Below, in pieces: positions 30,347 through 42,392 of a DNA stretch of 44,048 bases; positions within the stretch are counted from its first letter, which is position 1, and the number at the start of each line of letters is the position of its first letter. Below the pieces are notes generated by a model. The model worked only from the letters and a program-made list of their open reading frames with translations, had not been told where the DNA came from and did not search any database. The stretch spans positions 1 to 44,048 of the forward strand of contig FLMG01002958.1 of NCBI GenBank assembly GCA_900088475.1, written 5' to 3'. A program made the position numbers and the translations under genes. This DNA is from Hyphochytrium catenoides (taxonomy: Eukaryota > Protista > Hyphochytriomycota).

Positions 30347-31702
30347 ATGGCAGACAATCAGGTGGACCATCAAGAGGTACATCAACATAGTTCCCTGGTT
30401 CCTGGACGCACCCTTTTAGATAACCTTTCTTACTTCGAGCCCCTACAAATACCTCTACAACTCTTCCCCTACAACTCTTCCCCAGGAAGAGAAAAAGCCA
30501 AAGGATGATAGTCAGAGGTCAACTTCGTACCAGCAGCCAGATATTGCGCAAAGACTAGGATCCTCTGTCACCAGGTATTCAATATTGTATGGCAATGGCC
30601 CAGTTCTTTTCCCTTCTCTAGTCAGTTCTCTTTCTTTTCCCCAAGATTCACGTGGCCTTTCTAAGCAGCAGGAAACTACGACGGCACATCCGCAACTTGG
30701 CCGAGCAAAGAAGGTTAGTAGAGCTTCTGCGATGCTAACGGTGAAGAAGGTTTGGTCTTTCAACTCATCGTCAATGGATAATGCTAGGGCCGCCGCTATC
30801 ACAAGTGAGGTTGTGGAGATTAAGAATGCTCTTCAAGACCTGGGCATTAGCTCTGGGGCGGATAAGTACACAATCCTGAAGGCCGCTGCGGACACAATCC
30901 AAGACCACTATGACAGACGCCTTCAGAGTCATGGTGAGCACGGAAAGGCTCAGGAGCTGACAACTAGTAAGCCGGCGCTATACAGCCATTACAACTAGCC
31001 CTGTTTAAGTCTTACGCCTTGGCGCTGCCCAACTGATCAGTAGAAAATGAAGGTATGGGCAAATACCGAGACGTGGAGCCGGCTGCAGCACCTGAAGCTA
31101 CCGAGGAGATAGACTTCGAGCTCCTCTTCCAGATTTCTGGTACTCCAATGCTGCTGGCCCAAATCAATGGAGACTGCATTGTGGGGAACCAGCTTTTCCA
31201 AGAGTTCAGTGGATATAGCGCCTCAGAACTTGAGCATCGGAGCATTTTTGATCTGGCCGCCGCTGAGGATCATGGCTTCATTCTATCGTAAGGATCTTTT
31301 GCATGCTAAAAACTGAGGGTGACTTCTGATGATGGCTCCTCTCGCTCGTATGTCTTTTTCACAGAGAAGTTCATAGTCTGCTGCAAACCTCTAGTCAGGA
31401 CTCTAGCGGCAATGAGGAAGCGCAGCGGTCTCAGTACTTCGTCATGAAGTGCCAGATGAAGCGAACAACAGTCCGGGTACCGAGTGCTGTCTTGTTGGCT
31501 CCGATACTTCACTCACTCACCACATCAACGATGCTCATTGTGATCTCAGGCCTTCGTTTGCATGACTCTGATCACTGATCCCACCAATACCAGCTCATCG
31601 CAGCAGCAGCTTTTGCTCAGCTTTTTTCAAATTGAAGACTCTCCCTTAAGGGAATCTCTTGGCACTGTTGAGTATGGGGAAGAAGGGAAGGAAAGGCTAT
31701 AA
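30347..31702 (+). CDS. bHLH-PAS transcription factor with one PAS domain (7 exons)
   Basis: Phase-consistent model giving the bHLH RKLRRHIRNLAEQR|RAAAITSEVVEIKNALQDLGISSGADKYTILKAAADTIQ and the PAS IDFELLFQISGTPMLLAQINGDCIVGNQLFQEFSGYSASELEHRSIFDL...YFVMKC...AFVCMTLI; stop TAA at 31700-31702. Confidence 0.85.
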
Positions 31703-32044
31703 CAACCATAGTGATAAGCTGGAAGTCCTCCCGTTAGCATCTTGAGCTTTGGTGCTAGCGTGGCAGTGAATCGTACATCTCTGGCTCTCACATCAACGGA
31801 CGTAGTAAGAGATCCTGCAAACAATATAGTCTGTCCGGAACTAATGGTGGACGGGAGGAGAATGTTCAGCATTCAGCCAGAGATTTCGAACTGGTTCATT
31901 ATTTAAGTACTGGGAAAGTCGTTTGACGGCTGGCAGGCCACCAGCTGGACTATCGTCTCTTCTCCGACAGCCTCGGGTACATTCTATGTTCATTTATGTC
32001 TATTTTGAAAGTCTATGATAACAAAAGCTCTCTATTGGACATGC

Positions 32045-33475
32045 CTATTCGAGCATCACGGGTTTGATGTCCAACCAAGGGCTTGTCATAAGTTCTTCAG
32101 CAGTCATCCTCTTCGCTGGATCCTTTTCCAATAGCCTCATTGCTATGGTCTTGCTCTTATCAGACAGCTTATTCCAAGCGGGCAAGGTCACATCTATTTC
32201 TCCCTGTCGTATCCGGTTCACTATTTCCTCTTCCGATGCATTTCCATCGGCGTCGAAAGGGTGCGCCCCTGTCAGCATGATATATAGCACACATCCCACC
32301 GACCACATGTCTGCAGCAGGTGTAGGGTCTCCGCCATCAACGAGCTCTGTCGGACAATATTCCCGTGTACCAGAGAAGCGCAAACTTTGAGAAGTCTCTT
32401 GTTGACTCACCGGGAATACCTCATTGTAAACTTTCGGCGCATGAACGTTCACAGCTGAGCCGAAGTCAATGAGTTTGAGTGAACTTGCATGAGTTTGTGA
32501 CCGAACTACCAGCAGGTTTTCTGGCTTGACGTCATTGTGCACAATGCCGGACTGATGAAGAAAGGCCAAAGCAGCAGCTACATCTCTCACAAAGCGAGCC
32601 GCCATTCTCTCTGGACAGCGATGTATCTCCTTGAGATAGTCATGCAAAGTTTCTCCACCCAGGAAATCCGTCACGATGTAGAAGCGGTCATTATCTTCAG
32701 CCACGGCTCTCAGGTGAACAATATTTCTATGGCCTCCGCTATCTCGCACTGCCTCTAGCATGGATAATTCGCGTAGAAAGTCTTGCCGCGCAGTGAAAAT
32801 CTTGGCTAAGCTCTTCACCGCGACCCGCTCACCACTCTGGCGGTCAAACCCCATGTAAACCTTACCAAAGGACCCGGAACCGATGGCTTGTCCGCAATCG
32901 AACGGAAGAGATGAAGCCGATCCTTCCTGTCGTCCCATAAGGCTCTTGGGTTGTGTCAGTGCTGACTGCCTCACATAGGTCGAGCTATTATAAGCAGCAG
33001 CTGACTCCTCTTCTGCATGCGCAAAGGGATCTGATAATAAATAGATGACGACGGCTGCTGTGCCGCCTAATAGTCCCGCAATGGCTCCTTCCACGGCTAT
33101 CTTCGCAGTTCTTCCGGCATCCTCAGCCCGCTTGCTGGCATCGCCTCTCGGAAGTACTGCGACTGGTGCTAGCCTACTATTGTCTCTCAGCCGTGACAAG
33201 CCGTCATAGGAGTAAGTACTGTGCGGTGATCGGTAGCTAGCTGCATTGCTTCTTCGCTTCAACGCTCGTTGGCGAGCAGAAGAGTACCAAACAGTTAAAG
33301 GATACCCTTGATGATGGATAAGTGGTCTTGTGAGGGTTTGTCTTGTCTCTCTGGCTAGCATAGCAGGCCATAGCGCTTTTTGAAATGCCAAGAGGGTGGA
33401 TGATACTTCCCTGCTAGGTCGCCCCAAGGTTACTCTCCTTGCCGACGAGAGCAAGCGAGACGTACTACCGGTCAT
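32045..33475 (-). CDS. Ser/Thr protein kinase, CAMK-like, single exon, with N-terminal extension and TM helix
   Basis: GSGSFGKV, VAVK, alphaC Glu (FLRELSML), HNDVKPEN, DFG, GTREYCPTE, DMWSVG, LEKDPAKR. Confidence 0.95.
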   Translation of the reverse strand: MTGSTSRLLSSARRVTLGRPSREVSSTLLAFQKALWPAMLARETRQTLTRPLIHHQGYPLTVWYSSARQRALKRRSNAASYRSPHSTYSYDGLSRLRDNSRLAPVAVLPRGDASKRAEDAGRTAKIAVEGAIAGLLGGTAAVVIYLLSDPFAHAEEESAAAYNSSTYVRQSALTQPKSLMGRQEGSASSLPFDCGQAIGSGSFGKVYMGFDRQSGERVAVKSLAKIFTARQDFLRELSMLEAVRDSGGHRNIVHLRAVAEDNDRFYIVTDFLGGETLHDYLKEIHRCPERMAARFVRDVAAALAFLHQSGIVHNDVKPENLLVVRSQTHASSLKLIDFGSAVNVHAPKVYNEVFPVSQQETSQSLRFSGTREYCPTELVDGGDPTPAADMWSVGCVLYIMLTGAHPFDADGNASEEEIVNRIRQGEIDVTLPAWNKLSDKSKTIAMRLLEKDPAKRMTAEELMTSPWLDIKPVMLE

Positions 33476-35502
33476 TAGATAAGGACGAGAGGAAGAAACG
33501 TATCCAAAGTATATGATGGACGACTAGAAGACGATTCGCTTCTGGCGTTTCGGCCGTGAGACTCTTCTGATGAGTGACCACTATCTATCCTTTAGACTTA
33601 TAGCTTCATCATGCGTCTCATCGGTGACCCGAGCTTCCACTTCACAGCTCAATGTCACGCAAGGTTTGGAACTAATGGAGAAAGGTGATCCTATCGGAAG
33701 CCGTCTCAAGCATGTGGACAGTTTTACTGGCCCCACGCGATAGAGAAGTTGTGATTGAAGTGGACGAAGCGAGGAGAAGAGATAACTCACCGGTCTGTCT
33801 CTAACACGCGACTGGCTCTAGTCTCTTACCATCAGAAGGTTAAGGTGTAAGCATGTTCGTTTTGCAGGCTCGGGAAAGAGGCAGTCTCGACCGGAGAACG
33901 GAAGACCGGCAGCTTATGCTAGAGCAAAAGCGAGAACCTAGGAAATGGTCTTCGAGAAGCTCACCCTCCCACTATTCTTTCCCTCCTCCTGTGCTGCCTC
34001 GCAGGTCCCTGTCTTTGAAAGCTAATCTATCCCCAAATATCACGGGCAACAGTCACCTCCTCCTTTCCATACTCACTCTCTTCTATCGGGGACCGAAGAC
34101 CGGGAGGGTGGCGACGTCAGACCTTTAGTTCCTCATTAACAGCGAACTTGGGAGGAAAACAGAGCCATTTGCCCTCTTCTGTTCCCCTTCCAGAAAGCTG
34201 AGTCTTATATACAAAGGCAGCAAGGACGAGCGGAAGGCAGCTTCCTGTCTGCTGGGTAGCTTTTTTGGACAGGCACTGGTCGCCTGGTCAGAACGCGGGC
34301 GCCTTTCCCACGATGGATCAGCATCACACATCACACATCATACACAGCAGCAGTTAGCTGATATCTCTACTCCTGCTTGTCATCATTCTGTCTCAATCCG
34401 TCTAGTACCTAATACATGTATCCTGTGGATCTCGTGTCATCAGTCCTTTGACTCTGACTCGACGGTTGTCTCTCCCTTTCTCCAGCGCGGTGAAAGTCTC
34501 GCTCTGATTCTTATGAATGATGGGGGGTTACACATGTAGAGACAGTGTGCGTATCCACAAGACAGATTGACAGCGAGGTGCCGTTGGTTACTCCCAATAT
34601 GGTAGAAAGTGAGTGGATTGGTCAACTGCTCTGTTGAGACAGAAAATGACTTAGAGGCGTTTAGTTCTAACCAATTATGGCGAGAGACAGGACGGTGCGA
34701 GGTGTTTTTACCCCCCAGCGGGACAGAGAGCCAGTTAGCTACAGGATCCTCACAGGAACGAGCCAGAGATGCAGGAAGAGAAGGCCAAAGTGGGAGAGAG
34801 AGACAGGTTATAAAACGGCTCGAAAATTTACTTGTCACCTGGCAAGCCCCAAGGTGGGTGGGAAGGGGAAGATACTTACCCCAACATAACAATCAAGAAG
34901 AAGGCGGGTGGGCAATCGTCGGTAGTTTGTCTCTGGCACAGAACTGTACCTAGCAGTAATCACATAGGTGCGTCGTCGACCGTAACACCCCCTCTAATTT
35001 ATGACAACATTTTTGTGCTAGACTGTACAGGCAGCTCAGGCAGGATACTCTAGTTCTAAATGTACTGTAAGCCTTATTAGGAAACGGACATGCTCATGGT
35101 GAATTGGGAGCAACCTCCATTTCGGGTGGCTGGTGAGAGAAAAGCTGTCGTTCATTTCTAAATTTAGCAGATAGATTTTGGATCTATCTACTACGTCGTA
35201 CTGTCGCGAGGATGGTGGCTGTGGTGGCGGGCTGGGGCTGTAATAACGAAGTGAAAAATCGGCCCTTCCAATGTAAGTTCAAAGGCCCGTAGTTATTACA
35301 AGGAGCTGTCAACAGAAGAATGATAGATGGCTGCGGCCGACAGCAGTGCTCATGTGGTCATAACGCCCCGCCTTATATTGTAGAGCACCGCCCCAACAAG
35401 ACATGTGCCGGTTGTTGGGACCTCATTTACGTCTCAGCTGTGCTGTGTTATGGGCCCTGTCAAGCCTCTGGTTTGTTGAATACTCGTACAGCGTCCCACC
35501 AT

Positions 35503-36226
35503 CTAATACTCTACAGATTTATTATCCTTTATATCGTGAGCATGGAGAGTCTTCAATGGCTTCGTTGCACGCCCGTCTCTGCCTCTGTAAATGTTGCCCC
35601 AATCTCTGCCGTTCGCTTCATTAATGAGGTTGCATAAACGCAGACGGGCGGTGTTGACCGCTTCGCTCCTATAGTTCTCTTTGGCTCCATTCCAAGCCCT
35701 CAGGACAATTTCTTGAGGATCACGTCCCATCGCAGCAATCCTTCGAGCTAGTTGCTGCTGTTGGGCTACCGCCCCTGCCATGGATAGGACGAACATAGCC
35801 GCGACAGTGATCAGGAAGAGGCCGCTAGCAGCAGCAAGTGGCGCAAGAAGTGCGGGGGACGGAACAGTAGTATCAATTCCTAACATTGTAATGAGGTATC
35901 CAGTGAAGGGAATGTCCCATCGTCGCCGCTTCCGCCATTGTCGCGCTATTCACGAGGACATTCTTGTTCGGTAGGTAGATTAACGTCCATGCAGTCCAAA
36001 AGCATTAGGAACCAGGGAAAGATCATCGTGAAAGTTGCCAACATAGCGGATAAGCCATGAAAGGAGTGTTGTGCGGCCGATAATCGTGTCTGCTATCAAT
36101 TGGAACACATGCAGAATACGCATAGAGAACCATCCGGTCTCGGTAGCGGAGAGTGTGGTCCAGCAGATGTTGTAGTATGTCAACATCAAGATAATAGAGC
36201 CCAACAGTGCCATCCACCCACATCAT
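35503..36226 (-). pseudogene. Possible decayed membrane-protein gene
   Basis: Successive hydrophobic segments in shifting frames (MALLGSIILMLTYY...; MLATFTMIFPWFLMLLDCM; LAAASGLFLITVAAMFVLSMAGA) with no splice signals that I could reconcile. No family recognised. Confidence 0.3.
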
Positions 36227-39078
36227 ACACTGAATATCTCTATTAGCCCCTTTTGTGCTGAGCTGCTTCTTCTCTTGTGGCGGTCTTCTCAGTTACTACT
36301 TCGCGCTCAAACAAGTTGTGCTCAGAGCTTCATCATCCATACACCTTGTTAGTTAGCCCACCAGTAAGAGTAGTCAAGAAGGGCAGGCGCTGCCAGGTTT
36401 TGCATGTATTATGAGGCTTGAAATTCTTCGTTGACGATTGACAAAGGAGGGAGCATTTAGTGAGAGAGAAACCAAGAAGAGATTGCTACGCCGACCGCCG
36501 CGGTCGGATGGATCTTGATGGTACTAGTCAGGAGAGAGGCTGACACGGACCCACCACGGTTATCATCTGCTGCTGTTGTGGTTGGATAAGTAGATCAGTA
36601 CTACTGCGTAGGTCAGCAACAGGTTAATAAATGATAATTGGGCTGCTGATAATTGAGACAGAGAAAGTAAGGCGCAGACTGCCTCTTCCTATCACAGCAG
36701 CCAGCCATGCAACAGACCGCAACTTCGAGGACGGACGACGATGGGGAGTCACAGAAGGAACTTTTGAGGAGGAGGGAAGCCATCTCGGTAGAAGATTACT
36801 TTTCGTCGTACACCTGGCAACACCACCCCACCATGGGTAATAATCATCTTAGAAAAGGGTATTATTAGGGGGTCTCTCGATCAGTCCTGTTGTCTCCAAC
36901 CAAAGCCGCTGACAAGAAGGAAGGCGAACACCATCGATCCCCGATGGCAAGCACACGCCGGAAGTATTACGTCTAAACTAGACGTTGTTGTTGGTGTTGC
37001 TTGTGGGTGGCTCCAATAAGAGGGCACAGAATGATGATGGCAGTCGTCTGTGCTGTTTTTTTTAGGAATTAGGTAAGTTAGCGCACATTCAAGATAGTTC
37101 GTGTGGCCAGTACGTGCATTGAAAAACTCTTTCCTAGATCAGCATTATAGAGCACTGACCACTTGTGAGGATCAAAGGCTGCTGTTCCAGTCGCGATGAT
37201 CTTCCGTGGTGTTGTTTCGGTTTCCCACTCTTTGCCGTTCCTTCTTCTTACCAACGACTAGCAGAAGATATCAAGATGCTGCTGGGTGAAGATATTCAAT
37301 AAATTCATGAAAAGCTCGAAAACCCAGTGGAAGGGTAATAATAATAATCTATAAACAGAGAAGAAGAACCACCCCCGTTATACAAGCATTATTTATATAT
37401 TTGAGGGGATTATGCACAATTTTATTGACGTTTATTCTATTTTTCAGAAGTTATGTTATTATTAGCCATGGGTCACTTCTCTTCCCCTTCTTCTGTTTAC
37501 GTCCATACATAATGATAAGGAAGGGTAGATTCATGTAAGGGTTAGCTCACTTCTTTCTTTTCATAGTTCTTTCTGTACATAATACTTTTTGCCATGGTTC
37601 CCAAACCTTCGGGTTCACCTGAGTTCCACCTTAACACCTCGTCCTCATCCGTCTTCACCGCAGCTGGTTGCCAAGCAGTGATAATGAAGCCAGTGGAAGG
37701 AGGAGAAGAGATAAGATCAGAACCGCCCGCTGCCGCAAGAAGAAGAGTGCAACGCAAACACCTGCCAGCTCAGATCTCTTCTTCCAGAACCCGCAGCGAA
37801 GAAGAAACGTACTTACCTACCTTCCAACTTCGCTTTACGATACAAAGGCTTGGAAGATGCAAACCACGACCGGCCCGTCACTCCACAGCTGCTATTCTTC
37901 TCTAGCGCTTTCCACACAAAGATTCCATCTCCCATTCACAAAAGAAGAGTCACTATCATATGTCACGGACATTCTTGATCCTGCAGGTGACGGGAAACGA
38001 GGTTAGAAGAACAGCGTACAAAGGGCATAAGATACGCGCTGCACGATTGTTTAATCCGAACCGCTTGTTGAAAGTAGTTCGTACAGATCCTTGCCGCATT
38101 ATGCGCGTCACGCCTTCAACAGTCTCCCGCGCTGCATGGACGAGTCCTCGGCCCAGCACGTCTTCCCAATTCTGCGACGAAGCTTCTGCTTGTCCGGCGC
38201 CAACCTACAGCCGGAAGAACCTGGTGCATGGCCTACTGCTATGGTTGACAAAATGTACATAAGTGGGTAGCAGGGAAGTGATGAGAGAGAAGCAGTACTG
38301 GATAAGCGATACCATCATTGTGCCTTGATCTTTCGGGCGGACCCATCATCGAGGGTAGCTTGGTAGCTTCTCAATCAATCGTAATAACTATCTGAGATGG
38401 TGCAAGTGCCCGAGTTTCACTACTTGTATCAGATCTAAAGCCATCGTCAGCTGCAAGAGAAGAAATAACAGAAGGCTAGTAGTTAGTAGGGAGGGAACAC
38501 CAGCTGCGAGAGGATGATGGAGACTGATATTCTGTCGATGTCGATTTCGTTGACCGGCCCTGACAAGTTCTTCCTGGCTCCTCTGCGGCGAGTGGGAGGA
38601 AGACTTTATTTTCAAAGTCTATTACTGTCCTTCTCAGTGACGCCGGTTCTTCAATCTACTGTTGCTGTTCGCCCCTCTGCTAGCTTTCATGAGCGAAACC
38701 TCGTCGCCTCCGGATCTGACGCTCGAGGCGACGACATGAACCACTTTTCTTTATCCTTTCAAGAGCACAAGTAAGTTTTATTACTGCTTTGCTTTGGCCT
38801 CTGGAACGCTGTCCGCCTCCGGATGTGAATGTTGTTGTTGTCCTTGTAGTTGGATCCACCATCTCTTCTTTCTGTCCTCACACGAGCAAAGAGAGCCGTG
38901 ACATTGGCACCTGATGGAAGACGGGCTTGAGGTATGAAGTTGATAGGTCGGACTCATCATTATTCTCCCTTCTGTTTCTCTGCAGGCGACCTACTAGCCA
39001 GATAATAGCGTTCGATCCAGATAGAAGAGGAGCGTTCAACGGGTTTGACCCAGTCACTACCAACCACACGATAAAAAG

Positions 39079-39315
39079 ATGTGCTGCGGTGATAAAGAAG
39101 GGCATCCATGTATGAAGGCTGGAAGCTGCGGATGTACCTGCCGTGAATGTGCAAACTGCCAGAGATGCCAAAAGTCTCACTGTAGCACTACTTCTGGGAC
39201 TTGCGGTTGCGAGAAGTGCACCTCCTCCTCTGGCGCATGTTCAGCTTGTGGCAACTGTGGAAAGGGTGATGAAAGCAAGTGTGGATGCTCGTGCCAGAGG
39301 TCTTCCACGACCTAA
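39079..39315 (+). CDS. Metallothionein-like Cys-rich peptide (78 aa)
   Basis: True ATG in an A-rich context (AAAAAGATG). 19 Cys in CC, CxC and CxxC motifs, no F/W/Y or L/I/V, rich in S/G/K/T, 2 His, no signal peptide. Confidence 0.8.
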   Translation: MCCGDKEGHPCMKAGSCGCTCRECANCQRCQKSHCSTTSGTCGCEKCTSSSGACSACGNCGKGDESKCGCSCQRSSTT

Positions 39316-41507
39316 AAGCCTGCTTGTCTTCTTTGATGGATGATACTTCCTATTTGAGATGCCTGCTACCTGCAATCGCTCTCAGCTGAAGAAAATAGAG
39401 GCACTAGTATCTGTCTTTTATTACAGTCTGATAAGATGATGCTAGTACATAATGGATGCTGCATGATGAAAGAGGATAAATGATGGCAGCTATAAGTAGC
39501 ACGGCTTCTTCTTCTCCTCAAACTTTTTTTTTTTACCAAGGACGCTCATCCATAAAGTGAGGCTAACGTATTATTAGCGATAGTTCCATCGCACTACCTG
39601 TCTTAGCTTTGGAGACACTAAAACGTCGGCATTGGTTATCTCAATTTGCGTTGTTGCTTTCTTCAATAAGCAGTACTCCTTGCTTGCTGATGATCAGGAA
39701 GCAGGGGCCTATATTAATTAAGAAGCTTGGAATGGGGTTCTACTTTGTCTCTCTTGCGGGTAGCCTGCTATGTGAGAGGAGAACCCGTCGTGATAGCTCC
39801 GTGGGTGTGGCAGGTACTGGAGAATGGACCTACTTCTTCCTCTTTCAGGCATGTAAAGAAGACTCCCTTCATCATGTCCACCGTAAAGTCTCACTTCTTC
39901 GAGGGCGGTTCATTTCTTGACCTGACATTCGTCTCTGCGTGTTCTCAATCCCGAAGTGGTGGCTACAGCCAGACGAAAGGCAGCCAAAGGAGGAGGTTTT
40001 GACCTCTGATGAAGCACACGTCGAACTGACAGTGAGAGCAAGGTCACTTAGCTCGAAGAGAATTATGGGAGACCGGTAGAAGATGACATGGTGAGAGGTA
40101 GCGACCGGGCACTTAGTAGATGGCACATATTATATGCCACTACTGCTGTCGCGTGGGAAGAGGAGGCGTCCCATTCAAGAGGTTCAAACATAGGGCGTAA
40201 TCAGGGCTGCTGACACTGCCCAGCCGTGATCGCTCAGTCACGACGACGGCGAAGTGCAGAGCATTTTCCTTGGACTCCTCGTCTATAACAATTCGCCGCC
40301 GGTCCATTGGCCACACTCGCCCCTTGCTGACCGTACTTCCCTCCTGACGGGCATATCGTGGACGGTGATCTGCGAATGAGGGACCCTCCTCCGGCAGGAA
40401 AGATTTGAGGCGATTCTCTTCGACAGTGCGGTGTATGATTGACTCGCCGCAGCGATTCTTCTATGATACTCTTCTTGGTCCGTAGGTCGTGGTGGTTGTT
40501 GCGCATGCGCTTCCACACAGAGTAGTCAATGACCTATTATTCTACCTACTGGAAGTGCTGTGAGACAAGAGGTTATGCTTTCCGTCCTTACCATCGTTGA
40601 GGAGGACTTTGACAGGCCGTGAAGGAGCAGACGATTCAACTTATTATCCTATGAAAGTGGGAAAAGCGATTACCTCCTCCTCCTTTCTCTTCTCCCCTAT
40701 GCCTATGAAGGCTTGTGCCCACAATACTTTTTGTCTATTGTGCATCTTCGTCTGGCGAAGAGAACGGGAAGAAGATGCTGTACTGACATCCTCATCGGTT
40801 GTCTCCTGTGGATAGCTCCCAGCGTCTGAATGACGCTCTGGTTGAAGGAGAAGGGCTGCTGCTTGCTTGTCTAGAATAGGAGTCAGCATAGGGGCATCAC
40901 TGTTAACCTTCCTTCACAAGCAGCATTGCATGCATCAGTTCTTCTTGTCAAGATGTATCACTTTTTGGCTGCCCTTGCTTGTTTTCTGGCAGTAGCTTGG
41001 ATTCCTAGCCGTTACTTCTCCGTTGAGTGGGCTGATGGTCGTCGATACTGAGGTAGGATGACCATCACTCTTAGAGCAGCAGAGGAGGAAGGGTAAGAAC
41101 ACTCTTCACACTTTCCTCTTGTGGGATGATGATGACCGTTCCTGACACTGTGATGAACACTGGCTGCTGATCGCAAGCTTGTTGCTGATGACCGTCATCA
41201 ACGCGCAGCACCTGATAGTCCAAGAGGCAAGCTAGGGGTAAGCGCCGTAGTACCAACCCAAAGGTGCAGGTGTATTTGTCTCTAATCATCACTGGATAAT
41301 CTTCCTCCTTCTTCGTACCACGGGCAACGCTGCCGTTCAGGTTCCCCGCGCTGCTGCTATCATCACAAACAGACTAGTCATCCTGCCATCCGTCCGTTTG
41401 CCTCGCCTCCTCCTCCCCAGCCTGGGCTTCTCACTTCTTCCAGACGAAGGATCAATCAAAGTGTTGCAGCAATCGGCTGCTCTTAGGAGTGTTCATCAGG
41501 ACTTGCC

Positions 41508-42392
41508 ATGATAAGGGCCCGAAGCTCTAGAGGTCAGCGCCGAGCCATTGGCCAGGAGACAGCTTTAATCTTAGAGCGAGGCTACTATGGGACGGGAGAG
41601 TCCATTGAAGGTCATCTGGCAGCTCTAAAGACAGGAACTGTTGTCTACGATGAGCCTACCCAGGCTGTCTACCCATCGGCAGAGTTAAACTCTCAAGAGC
41701 AACAGGAAGAGAAGGGCCATGACAATTCCTTCAGAATGTTTCGGGGCACCACTCTGGAATGCTGTGCTGTCTTCTCACAGGGAGGACGACGGAAAGTTGC
41801 TGCACTAAACTTCGCGTCTGCCAAGAACCCGGGCGGTGGCTTCTTGGGAGGCTCTAGCGCTCAGGAGGAGAGTTTGGCTCGTTCCTCCACGTTGTACGCT
41901 TCACTTTCCTCTGAGCCTGTGTTCAGATCCTACTATCAGCTGCACCGAGCGCAGCCTAACCATGGCTTCTATTCTAGCAGAGTGATCTACTCTCCCGATG
42001 TGCTAGTTTTCCGAGATGAGCACAGCGGGTCCTTTCTGGACCAAACCTTTACCGTGGATATCTTCTCCTGCGCTGCGGTTAACGCCGGTGCTGTGCGCGA
42101 CTCATATGCTAAAAATATGCTTGGTGACCCTGAGGCTCTGATCAAGACAGAGATGAGAAATCGCATACGGGCAGTTTTGACGTGTATAGCACGCCGGCAG
42201 AGCGAGGCAGGTAGCAATTATGCGTGCATAGTCTTGGGAGCCTTTGGATGTGGTGTCTTTAAGAATGATGTTGCCTACGTCGCCACGACATTTAGGGAGG
42301 AACTACGCGCTTTCACGCTTCTCGAAAACGTGGTCTTTGCTGTCCCAGATGATGCTACTTATGAAAGGTTTAGCGCTGCCTTAGCCCACTAA
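41508..42392 (+). CDS. Bacterial-type poly(ADP-ribose) glycohydrolase (TIGR02452 / DUF2263 macrodomain), single exon
   Basis: LNFASAKNPGGGFLGGSSAQEESLARSSTLY (GGG-x7-QEE catalytic loop), IYSPDVLVFRD, SCAAVNAG, VLGAFGCGVFKN, VVFAV. Confidence 0.93.
   Translation: MIRARSSRGQRRAIGQETALILERGYYGTGESIEGHLAALKTGTVVYDEPTQAVYPSAELNSQEQQEEKGHDNSFRMFRGTTLECCAVFSQGGRRKVAALNFASAKNPGGGFLGGSSAQEESLARSSTLYASLSSEPVFRSYYQLHRAQPNHGFYSSRVIYSPDVLVFRDEHSGSFLDQTFTVDIFSCAAVNAGAVRDSYAKNMLGDPEALIKTEMRNRIRAVLTCIARRQSEAGSNYACIVLGAFGCGVFKNDVAYVATTFREELRAFTLLENVVFAVPDDATYERFSAALAH

Noticed and set aside
30455-30485. Small direct duplications (CTACAACTCTTCCC x2; also GCTCAAGCAAGAA x2 near 14233 and CATTCTGAAG x2 near 628)
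   Set aside because: Two-copy slippage duplications with no spacers; not CRISPR-like or otherwise structured.
35165-35193. Short inverted repeat TAGCAGATAGAT...ATCTATCTACTA (a 7-bp GC stem also occurs at ~36491-36507)
   Set aside because: Too short and isolated; no target-site duplication, transposase or RNA-family context.
36600-38860. Cluster of 70-110-aa ORFs on both strands
   Set aside because: No recognisable motifs, overlapping frames and no consistent splice model.
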